Assembly: GCA_010202845.1 (NCBI GenBank)
Contig: CP047921.1
Location: 210,001-242,000 of the forward strand
Length of the DNA: 32,000 nucleotides
Direction: 5' to 3'
Origin: Candidatus Saccharibacteria bacterium oral taxon 488
Lineage (GTDB): Bacteria > Patescibacteriota > Saccharimonadia > Saccharimonadales > Saccharimonadaceae
Shown here: one piece after another, positions 14,565 through 22,184 of the stretch
Layout of the letters: each line of letters opens with the position of its first letter
How positions within the stretch are numbered: position 1 is the first letter of the stretch
The notes under the pieces: generated by a model
The model's database searches: none
What the model saw: the letters and a program-made list of their open reading frames with translations, nothing else
What the model was told of the DNA's origin: nothing
Translations under genes and position numbers: made by a program

Positions 14565-15845
14565 ATGAAACATACGGTCAAAGAAATAAAATTGAAAAAC
14601 GGTGCGAAAGGCCTGTTCATTGATGTGCCGGACGCGACAGTGATGAGCTTTCAGGTGCAGTTTCGAGCGGGCAACCGCTATGTCCGCGACAAGGACATCT
14701 ACGAGACGGCGCACATCATGGAGCACATGGCGTTTGGGGCGAATGAGAAGTTTCGTTCGGAGCACGCCTATGAGCAGGAATTTACCAAGAATGGTGCGTA
14801 CCATAATGCGTTCACCTCTGATTATTCAATGGTGTACGAGGCGGCCTGCGCGGATTTTGAATGGGATCGGATTTTAGAATTACAGCGGTTGGCGATCACC
14901 ACGCCGCGCTTTAACGCCGAGGAACTAGAGGCCGAGAAAGGCAATGTCCGGAGCGAGCTGACCGGCTATCTCAATAACCACAACCGCGTGATGTGGCCGC
15001 GGGTGCAGCAAGCACTGGGCGAGGATATTTTGACGTATAATCAGCGGCTGAAAACCATTGACGCGATTACTCTAAAGGATATTAAGGAGCATCATCGGCG
15101 GACACATACGCTCAACAATATGCGGTTTGTGGTGGCCGGTAAGTTGACTGGGCGGATGGCGACGATTCGTGAATCGCTGGAGCAGTGGCAGCTAGAGCCG
15201 GGCGAGCGGTTTGCTATCCCACACGATAAGCTGTCGAGTGCCGCACCGATTTTTGTCCGCCGCAAGGAGGCCTCGAATCTGACATTTGGCTGGTCGATGA
15301 ATCTGCCGCGCGAGCTGAGCGATGAGGATTCTGACGCTATGGGCTGCTTGAACCATATCTTGACCGGGACGATGAGCTCGCGGATTTTCGGGGCGGCGCG
15401 CAAGAAAGGGCTGGCTTACGGCGTGTTTAGCGATACCTCGGTTGGGTTTTATGATTCGGCGTGGGATTTTGGCGGCCAGGTTAACCTCGAGACAGCAGAG
15501 GCGCTGTTCGATATCATCGTGCGCGAACTGCGCCGAGTGCTGAACGGGACGATCACCTCGGAGGACATCGAGAATGCCAAGTCGTATGCGCTGGGCCGCT
15601 ATCAGATGGGGGCACAAACGGTGGCACAGGTCAGCAATTTTTATACCGGGCGTTATTTTGCTGATGATTTCGTCAAGGATTATGAGGGCGTGCCGACAGC
15701 GATTTTGGCGGTGACTGCTGATCAAATTGTTCGGGTGGCACGAGAGTTTTTTGCGGCAAATACCTGGGTGCTTGCTGGCGTGAGTAGCGGCGATAAAGAG
15801 CTGCTCGGGCGACTGCAGGAGAAGCTTGAAGGGTTGTTTAGGTAG
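14565..15845 (+). CDS. M16-family (pitrilysin/insulinase-like) zinc peptidase
   Basis: Inverted zinc motif HxxEH (HIMEH) near the N-terminus, with the two-domain M16 length (426 aa). Confidence 0.85.
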   Translation: MKHTVKEIKLKNGAKGLFIDVPDATVMSFQVQFRAGNRYVRDKDIYETAHIMEHMAFGANEKFRSEHAYEQEFTKNGAYHNAFTSDYSMVYEAACADFEWDRILELQRLAITTPRFNAEELEAEKGNVRSELTGYLNNHNRVMWPRVQQALGEDILTYNQRLKTIDAITLKDIKEHHRRTHTLNNMRFVVAGKLTGRMATIRESLEQWQLEPGERFAIPHDKLSSAAPIFVRRKEASNLTFGWSMNLPRELSDEDSDAMGCLNHILTGTMSSRIFGAARKKGLAYGVFSDTSVGFYDSAWDFGGQVNLETAEALFDIIVRELRRVLNGTITSEDIENAKSYALGRYQMGAQTVAQVSNFYTGRYFADDFVKDYEGVPTAILAVTADQIVRVAREFFAANTWVLAGVSSGDKELLGRLQEKLEGLFR

Positions 15846-15868
15846 GTAGTATAGAGAGGAGACGAGAT

Positions 15869-17080
15869 ATGGGTAAGGGTAATACGAGCGAGACATGTGG
15901 ACATATCATATCGACTCAGGGGGAAAGGACTGATATTGATCCAGTAATGTCGGAGCAGGAGCGGGCGGAGCTGCTCGGGCGGATGATTGCTGATCAGGAG
16001 CGTAGTGATGCGGCTGCTGAAACACTAGAGCGGGATATTGATAAGGGCCGCATACTAGAGGGTCGAAATGTGTTGGCACTCGTCAGTACGATCTATCGTG
16101 AAGTGCGTGATCTGCGCAGGAGTATTATAGATGGCTCGCGGCCTATCGATCCTTCCGCTGTTCATCTTGTGGCGAGTATGCCTCTTGATTATACCGACAA
16201 TCTCAACAATAGGCATAGGGATGATGCGATTTGTTTATATGAAGTATGCAAGGCGACTGAGACTAATAGGAATTCGTTGCGTCCAAAGGATGAGGAGGAA
16301 CTTATCGAAATCCATATGAAAAAGCGGCTTCAGCCGTATATCGACTCTGAGCTTATTCCCGAGAGCATTATCATTGAAGCGCATACAGTTAAACCGTCCT
16401 ATGACGATCGGCTTCCGGTGCTTCCGTATGGCTCAGTAATTTTTAGGGCTAACGTGTATCCACAACAAATTGATGAAGGAGTTAAAGAGGGGGCCGTTAG
16501 TGATGCAGTGTTGCGAGTGATAGGCGAACACGCGATTCGGAGTGATGCTCCGCAGCATAGTACCGCTGGTTCTGAAAAGTTAACTCCAGAGAACGATGAG
16601 GTTATTTTACAGCCAGATGACCTCGCTATATTGCATTGGTGCTCCAAAATTGCTGAGTTTGCACGAATTGTACGCCAGGACGCCCTGGATAATCGGCAGA
16701 ACGAGGATGGAATATACCCTAGTGTTGCCGTCCAAGAACGGGAGATATTTATTAATCAAAACAGTGATGACAAAAACCCAACAGTTCCATCCCGGTTCCC
16801 ACGCAGGCCTTTGCTACGCTATGATTTTGTGCCGCAGGTTACTGGTGACTATATCGTCGACTTTATCCGAGACGATCTTTTGCATCGCCTTCAACCCCAT
16901 ATAGATTCCGGATTAATCCCTCCAGTTGCTGTTAATGTAGAGCTACGTCGGCATAAAGCGGAATCGTATGTGGTTGCCCGAGTTAGTTTTGATACTCTTA
17001 GTAAAGAGTGGGGCAAGAAGCTGCAGGAGAGAGATGTAGTCAATCCAGCGCTAGATGTTCCAATATCTCGAAGTTCTTGA
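15869..17080 (+). CDS. Hypothetical cytoplasmic protein with an internal duplication (403 aa)
   Basis: GAGGAG SD 8 nt upstream. No TM or signal sequence. A motif is repeated: KKRLQPYIDSELIPESIIIEAHTVKPSY (about aa 151-178) and LHRLQPHIDSGLIPPVAVNVELRRHKAESY (about aa 338-367). Confidence 0.65.
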   Translation: MGKGNTSETCGHIISTQGERTDIDPVMSEQERAELLGRMIADQERSDAAAETLERDIDKGRILEGRNVLALVSTIYREVRDLRRSIIDGSRPIDPSAVHLVASMPLDYTDNLNNRHRDDAICLYEVCKATETNRNSLRPKDEEELIEIHMKKRLQPYIDSELIPESIIIEAHTVKPSYDDRLPVLPYGSVIFRANVYPQQIDEGVKEGAVSDAVLRVIGEHAIRSDAPQHSTAGSEKLTPENDEVILQPDDLAILHWCSKIAEFARIVRQDALDNRQNEDGIYPSVAVQEREIFINQNSDDKNPTVPSRFPRRPLLRYDFVPQVTGDYIVDFIRDDLLHRLQPHIDSGLIPPVAVNVELRRHKAESYVVARVSFDTLSKEWGKKLQERDVVNPALDVPISRSS

Positions 17081-17089
17081 TGGTATAAT
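17081..17089 (+). promoter_or_regulatory. extended -10 box TGGTATAAT, 7 nt before the murD ATG (leaderless)
   Basis: The 16-nt gap after the upstream TGA consists exactly of TGGTATAAT plus agaaact, then the ATG at 17097. Confidence 0.65.
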
Positions 17090-17096
17090 AGAAACT

Positions 17097-18458
17097 ATGA
17101 AGATCATTATCGCTGGCTATGGCCTTGAGGGTATATCAAGTTTGAGATATTTTCGGCAGGCTTTTCCTGATGCTGAGTTTGTCATTGCTGACCAGAAAGC
17201 GGTTGAAGATGCGCCGGATGGCGTGGCAGTGCGGACTGGCGAGTCAGTGTTCGCCGAGCAGCTGCAGGATGCCGATATGGTGGTGCGAGCACCGGGTGTG
17301 CCACCGCGGCTACTCAAAACGTCGGGCAAAATATGGTCGGCGACCAATGAGTTTTTCGACAAATGCCCAGCGCCGATTATCGGCGTGACGGGGACGAAAG
17401 GTAAGGGTACGACTTGTAGTCTGATCGCTGCAATCTTGCGGGCGGCCGGTCAGACGGTGCATTTGGTGGGGAATATTGGTGTGCCGGCACTGGACGCGCT
17501 ACCAAACATCACAAAGGACGACTTCGTTGTCTATGAGCTATCAAGTTTTCAGCTGTGGGATCTCGAGAAATCGCCGACCATTGCCGTGGTGTTGATGATC
17601 GAGCCGGATCATTTGGAGGTGCATACGGATTTTGCCGAGTACCTCGATGCCAAGAAAAATATTCATCGTCACCAACAGGATGGTATATGTTTATATCACC
17701 CAACGAATAAATACTCACGGGAGGTAGCCACCGCGCCGCTTGATAGGCCGTTGTATGGGTGTGACTGTGAGACATGTAGCGAATACTGCGGAGATGATGA
17801 GTTAAATTTCGCGTACCGCTATGCTGTCCCTGACGAGGATCAGGTGTATGTTCGGGATGGCTACTTCTGTGTGCAAGATCGGCGGATTTGTCGCATCGAT
17901 CATTTGCGACTGGCGGGCGCGCACAACCTCGAGAACGCCTGTGCGGCGATGAGCGCAGTGACAGAATTGCCGATCACGGTGACCGACGAGCAGTATGCGG
18001 CTGGACTAGAGAGTTTTACGGGACTACCACATCGATTAAAATTCGTTGCTGAGAAAAACGGCGTGAAGTATTACGATGACAGTATCGCTACCACGCCAGG
18101 CAGTGCCATCGCGGTGCTGCGGGCGTTTGAGGCGCCGAAAGTGTTGGTCATCGGCGGGTACGATAAAGGGGCGGATTATGATGAAATGGCCACGGAGATT
18201 ACCAAACAAGCGGTGCGGGCGGTGATCATTATCGGGGCAAATGCGGCAAAGATTGAACAGTCGCTGCGCCAAGCATCGGTCACGGCGACGATAGTAGTGC
18301 TCGGCCAGACAACGATGGTGGATGTCGTCGCCCGGGCCAGTCAATTATCTCGCCCGGGCGATGTTGTCATCCTCAGCCCTGCGGCTGCTAGCTTTGGCAT
18401 GTTCAAAAATTACGTCGACCGCGGCGAGCAGTTTGTGACGGCGGTGGAGAAGTTGTAG
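17097..18458 (+). CDS. murD: UDP-N-acetylmuramoyl-L-alanine--D-glutamate ligase
   Basis: N-terminal Rossmann-like MKIIIAGYGLEG, P-loop GVTGTKGKGTT, then AGAHNLENACAA, DDSIATTPGSA and GGYDKG. The start is set at 17097 from the promoter layout, which also removes the overlap with the upstream gene. Confidence 0.93.
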   Translation: MKIIIAGYGLEGISSLRYFRQAFPDAEFVIADQKAVEDAPDGVAVRTGESVFAEQLQDADMVVRAPGVPPRLLKTSGKIWSATNEFFDKCPAPIIGVTGTKGKGTTCSLIAAILRAAGQTVHLVGNIGVPALDALPNITKDDFVVYELSSFQLWDLEKSPTIAVVLMIEPDHLEVHTDFAEYLDAKKNIHRHQQDGICLYHPTNKYSREVATAPLDRPLYGCDCETCSEYCGDDELNFAYRYAVPDEDQVYVRDGYFCVQDRRICRIDHLRLAGAHNLENACAAMSAVTELPITVTDEQYAAGLESFTGLPHRLKFVAEKNGVKYYDDSIATTPGSAIAVLRAFEAPKVLVIGGYDKGADYDEMATEITKQAVRAVIIIGANAAKIEQSLRQASVTATIVVLGQTTMVDVVARASQLSRPGDVVILSPAAASFGMFKNYVDRGEQFVTAVEKL

Positions 18459-18514
18459 GTGGTAGTTTTGTTATAACGATCTGCCGTAGTTGAGCAATAT
18501 CTTAGACCAAAACG

Positions 18515-18543
18515 TTGACATGTTACAATAAAATATGTATAAT
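18515..18543 (+). promoter_or_regulatory. Consensus sigma70 promoter TTGACA-17 nt-TATAAT, 7 nt before the ATG at 18551 (leaderless)
   Basis: TTGACA at 18515-18520 and TATAAT at 18538-18543, then spacer atttgtt and the ATG. The TTG start of the ORF track is the -35 box itself. Confidence 0.7.
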
Positions 18544-18550
18544 ATTTGTT

Positions 18551-19870
18551 ATGTCAGAAAAAGATAGGTCTATTGAACAACATCATCAGCCGCGTCTTTG
18601 GGGTGAAACGACTGATCCGAAAGAACATAATCCAAAACATTTCCGATATCTTGTTCACGCTATTAATCCATTTGCCAAAATGAGCGCCACGGCTGGTTGT
18701 GCCTTGGGCTCAATGGAGGGGTTTGGTCCTGAGACATCAGGAGACCAATCTATATCTATGTATAAACAACCTGAGCGCATTGGAGATAGGGTTTCCGCTA
18801 GTATGTCATTGATCGACCAAGACCACACCGCCACTTGGGGAGCCGGTGGGCTTATTATTGATGCTCCTGAAGGGAATATAGTCATAACTTCTGGAGCTGA
18901 TGCGAGTGCTCGTAACAATAATCGAGATCTGCTCATAAAACAGGGTCATATTTGTGATATTATAGATCCGAATGAACTTTTAAATAGGACTTCACAGTAT
19001 GATCATAATGAAGTCGTGGCTCTCGCCGAACACGAGGGTCACCAGCTGCAAACCGTTGGTTTTTTCTACAAAGTAACACCAAAAGGTGAGCCGGTAAATC
19101 ATCGTCTTGCGCAGGTAATGCATATGCATGCCGATAGACTGCAGTTACCGATTGTAGAGATACCTGAGCCTCGTTGTGCTGACTCTGAGAATAAAGTACA
19201 TCGTACCATCCGTCATGGGAAAGAGGAGGAGAGTATCATCGTTAGCTTAGATGGATACAATTTCTACCTTAGGGGGTTTGATGATATGTCCGGATGCTCA
19301 ACTTATTGGATGCTTGATAAAGATTCTCTTCAGGCCTGCTTTGCATCTCCTTTTCAGTTTAAAGAAGCCGTTGAGTTTGCTGTTGGTATGGGAGAATTGA
19401 GTGATGAAGATGCTCGGCATGTTCTGAGGGGCTATGAAGAAGCAGATTTGCAGCGAAAAACCCCGACTGCGTATTATGATAAAAATGGAAATTTTGAGAA
19501 AATAGAATATTTTGAAGGTTATGGTAGCGAAGAGTATTATATCTCTATTAGGAAAACAGGCTATAGCGCTAGGGGGAATACGATAGACGCGAGGAGGTTT
19601 TATGGGGCATTACTTTGTGATGATCAGTTGGCAACGGCTGGGCCGATCGAATCTCCACTAAGTCCTGCTGATGCAGAATTCGTGATTAAGGAAGCTATCG
19701 GTAAGCTTGACCCGGCCAGGGCTGTAGAATTAGAAAAGTGGCATGAAGATCATAAGTCGGTCATTGAAAGAGTATGGCGTGATCATGTACAATCGGCCTC
19801 TAGGCTATCTGGTCAGATTGCCGTGAGACACCACTCTATGAGTAATGAACCTTTTCAGACTCATCATTAG
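18551..19870 (+). CDS. Hypothetical protein (439 aa), lower-GC orphan
   Basis: A long clean ORF beginning MSEKDRSIEQHH with no TM or signal sequence. I recognise no family. It ends in a TAG TAG double stop. Confidence 0.65.
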   Translation: MSEKDRSIEQHHQPRLWGETTDPKEHNPKHFRYLVHAINPFAKMSATAGCALGSMEGFGPETSGDQSISMYKQPERIGDRVSASMSLIDQDHTATWGAGGLIIDAPEGNIVITSGADASARNNNRDLLIKQGHICDIIDPNELLNRTSQYDHNEVVALAEHEGHQLQTVGFFYKVTPKGEPVNHRLAQVMHMHADRLQLPIVEIPEPRCADSENKVHRTIRHGKEEESIIVSLDGYNFYLRGFDDMSGCSTYWMLDKDSLQACFASPFQFKEAVEFAVGMGELSDEDARHVLRGYEEADLQRKTPTAYYDKNGNFEKIEYFEGYGSEEYYISIRKTGYSARGNTIDARRFYGALLCDDQLATAGPIESPLSPADAEFVIKEAIGKLDPARAVELEKWHEDHKSVIERVWRDHVQSASRLSGQIAVRHHSMSNEPFQTHH

Positions 19871-19882
19871 TAGCGTATTACT

Positions 19883-20422
19883 TTATCCCTGATACACCTC
19901 AGGCTTCAACACTCCGATATACGGTAGGTTTCGGTATTGTTGGCGGAAATCTAGGCCGTAGCCGACGACGAATTCGTTAGGAACTGACAGGCCGACGTAA
20001 TCGGCGGTAACGTTGGCGATACGTCGTTCGGGTTTGTCGAGTAGTGAGCAGACTTTGATTGAGGCCGCGCCGCGACTGGCGAATAATTCTAGCAATTTTT
20101 CTAGCGTTCGGCCGGTATCGACGATGTCTTCGACCAGCAAAATATGCCGCCCAGTAACGTCGCTATCAATGTCTTTGAGGATAGTGACCGCGCCGGATGA
20201 TTCAGTTGCGTTGCCGTAGCTAGAGACGTCAATGAAATCGATTTCCAGGTAACAGTCCATCGCTCGCACTAGATCAATCATAAACGGTGCTGCACCGCGC
20301 AGTACACCGATGACCAGCGGGTTTTTGTCACGATACTCTGCCGTCAGCTCTCGGCCCAGCTGCGCCACCGCATTGTTAATTTGCTCAGTAGTCACGAGGA
20401 TTTTAGCAATGTCTTGATTCAT
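19883..20422 (-). CDS. hpt: Hypoxanthine(-guanine) phosphoribosyltransferase
   Basis: PRPP-binding motif [14 protein letters not shown], plus FVVGYGLDF and typical length (179 aa). Confidence 0.95.
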   Translation of the reverse strand: MNQDIAKILVTTEQINNAVAQLGRELTAEYRDKNPLVIGVLRGAAPFMIDLVRAMDCYLEIDFIDVSSYGNATESSGAVTILKDIDSDVTGRHILLVEDIVDTGRTLEKLLELFASRGAASIKVCSLLDKPERRIANVTADYVGLSVPNEFVVGYGLDFRQQYRNLPYIGVLKPEVYQG

Positions 20423-20429
20423 TAGGATA

Positions 20430-20438
20430 AGTATAACA
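20430..20438 (-). promoter_or_regulatory. extended -10 box TGTTATACT, 7 nt before the hpt ATG (leaderless)
   Basis: The minus strand reads TAA(murI stop)-T-TGTTATACT-tatccta-ATG, so the 17-nt intergenic gap is entirely promoter. Confidence 0.65.
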
Positions 20439-20439
20439 A

Positions 20440-21069
20440 TTAGCTAGCAAAATCGCTAATCCGCTTGGCGATAATTGCAGTAGGTTCAAGAATGCGGCAT
20501 TGCGGGAAAAGGCGTTGTAACCGTCTCTTAAGCGCCAGATAATGCGTGCAGCCTAGAACAATAACATCGCTGCCGTCCGCAACACTGGTCGATACTTCAT
20601 CAAGCACAATATCGTCGGCCAAACCTTGATCAATCATCTGCGCCCACGCACGGGTGTCTGGCGTGTCGATGCGAACGCCAGTAGCATATTCACTGATAAG
20701 CGCACGCAGACGCTGGCTGTGTTTGGTGGCGTTTGTCGCCAGCATGGTAATATGATGTGATTTGGTCAAGATGACGGCCGATTTGATCATCGGTTCAAAG
20801 CCCATAAAGCATACGTCTGTGTAACGTTGCCGCAGCGAGCCAATCGCGTTGGTCGTGGCGGTATTGCATGCTATAACAATAATGTCGCATGATAGCAGCG
20901 GCTGAATGGCAGCATCGGTTAGCGTGATAATCTCTTCCGGTAAACGATTGCCGTACGGTGCGTGCTCGCGGTCGATCGCCGTGATGTACGAATGCTGCGG
21001 CAGTAATTTTTTCAGCCTCTTTGCTACTAATTTGCCGCCAGTTCCCGTATCAAATATGCCGATCTTCAT
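20440..21069 (-). CDS. murI: Glutamate racemase (Asp/Glu racemase family), short form of 209 aa
   Basis: GIFDTGTGG and both catalytic-Cys motifs, IACNTAT and LGCTHY. It is shorter than the usual ~250-290 aa. Confidence 0.8.
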   Translation of the reverse strand: MKIGIFDTGTGGKLVAKRLKKLLPQHSYITAIDREHAPYGNRLPEEIITLTDAAIQPLLSCDIIVIACNTATTNAIGSLRQRYTDVCFMGFEPMIKSAVILTKSHHITMLATNATKHSQRLRALISEYATGVRIDTPDTRAWAQMIDQGLADDIVLDEVSTSVADGSDVIVLGCTHYLALKRRLQRLFPQCRILEPTAIIAKRISDFAS

Positions 21070-21075
21070 ACAAAA

Positions 21076-21084
21076 AGTATAGCA
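21076..21084 (-). promoter_or_regulatory. extended -10 box TGCTATACT, 6 nt before the murI ATG (leaderless)
   Basis: The minus strand reads TGCTATACT-ttttgt-ATG(21069). Confidence 0.65.
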
Positions 21085-21088
21085 AAAT

Positions 21089-21097
21089 TGTTACAAT
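21089..21097 (+). promoter_or_regulatory. extended -10 box TGTTACAAT, 7 nt before the prfB ATG at 21105 (leaderless)
   Basis: TGTTACAAT-ggtatcc-ATG. The ATG at 21096 lies inside the -10 box and is therefore unlikely to be used. Confidence 0.6.
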
Positions 21098-21104
21098 GGT
21101 ATCC

Positions 21105-22184
21105 ATGCAACCGCTAAAAAAACGTATCCAAACCCTGCAATCAGAAGTAGAACAGGCCAAGGCGGCGCTGGATTTTGCGGCACTGGAGCAGGAGCTGGCG
21201 GCGCTGGACGAGCGACTCAATCAGCCGGAGATTTGGCATAATCCGGACGAGGCGCAGGTGCTGGCGAAAAAGGCGGCTAGCTTGCGCCAGACAGTCGAGC
21301 CGTGGCAGACGCTCAGCGTGCAACTCATGGATATCGCTGAGTTGATGGAGCTGGGCGATGATGATCTGCTGCCGGAGTTTGAGGCGCAGGTGGCAGCGCT
21401 GGAGCAGGAGTTTACTCAGCGCAAGACTGATCTACTGTTCAGCGGCCCGTACGACAACCGCGAGGCGGTAGTGCGAATTTCGGCGGGCGTAGGCGGGCTG
21501 GATGCGCAGGATTTTGCGGCGATGTTGGAGCGGATGTATCTACGCTGGGCGGAGAAGTCGGGGATGAAAGCCGACACGCTGGAGCGCTCGACCAATGATG
21601 ATGCGGGGATAAAGACGGCGGTGTTGGAAATTTCTGGGCCGTTTGCCTATGGAAAACTGCGCTCAGAAAATGGCGTGCATCGGCTGGTGCGCCTCAGTCC
21701 GTTTAACGCTGATAATTTGCGCCAGACTAGCTTTGCACTGGTGGAGGTGCTGCCAAAGATCGATACGCCGGATGAAATTTCGATTGACCCGAATGATCTG
21801 AGGATTGATGTGTATCGCTCGGGCGGCAAGGGTGGTCAGGGCGTGAACACCACTGACTCGGCGGTGCGGGTGACGCACGTGCCGACGGGAATCACGGTGG
21901 CGATTCAGAACGAGCGTTCGCAGATTCAGAACAAAGAAACAGCGCTGAAGATTTTGCGATCCAAGTTGCTGGCGATGAAGCTGGAGCAACACGCCGAAAC
22001 GCTGTCTGATCTCAGGGCCGGCGAGTCAGCCAACTGGGGCAGCCAGATCAGAAATTACGTCCTGCATCCGTACACGCTGGTCAAGGACACCCGCACCAAG
22101 CACGAGAACCGCAACGCCCAGGGCGTGCTGGACGGGGATGTTGATGAGTTTATGACGGCTTATTTGCGTGAATCGCGCGGCTGA
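21105..22184 (+). CDS. prfB: Peptide chain release factor 2, uninterrupted ORF without the programmed +1 frameshift
   Basis: SPF tripeptide (RLSPFNA) and the GGQ motif (SGGKGGQGVNTTDSAVR). There is no in-frame stop in the first 40 codons. Confidence 0.93.
   Translation: MQPLKKRIQTLQSEVEQAKAALDFAALEQELAALDERLNQPEIWHNPDEAQVLAKKAASLRQTVEPWQTLSVQLMDIAELMELGDDDLLPEFEAQVAALEQEFTQRKTDLLFSGPYDNREAVVRISAGVGGLDAQDFAAMLERMYLRWAEKSGMKADTLERSTNDDAGIKTAVLEISGPFAYGKLRSENGVHRLVRLSPFNADNLRQTSFALVEVLPKIDTPDEISIDPNDLRIDVYRSGGKGGQGVNTTDSAVRVTHVPTGITVAIQNERSQIQNKETALKILRSKLLAMKLEQHAETLSDLRAGESANWGSQIRNYVLHPYTLVKDTRTKHENRNAQGVLDGDVDEFMTAYLRESRG

Noticed and set aside
15192-15896. ORF of 234 aa antisense to the M16 peptidase gene.
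   Set aside because: It is a shadow ORF inside a gene with a clear HxxEH peptidase product, and it has no start signals.
18521-18567. Second extended -10-like box TGTTACAAT (18521-18529), followed after 5 nt by a 10-codon ORF (ATG at 18535).
   Set aside because: The spacer is shorter than at all other sites, the ORF is tiny and out of frame with the main gene, and the box lies within the spacer of the stronger TTGACA/TATAAT promoter.
21096-21098. The ATG at 21096 (MVSMQPL...) and the ORF-track start at 21021, considered as the prfB start.
   Set aside because: 21096 lies inside the TGTTACAAT -10 box. 21021 would overlap the murI coding region on the other strand by 49 nt. The ATG at 21105 fits the recurrent -10/N7/ATG layout.
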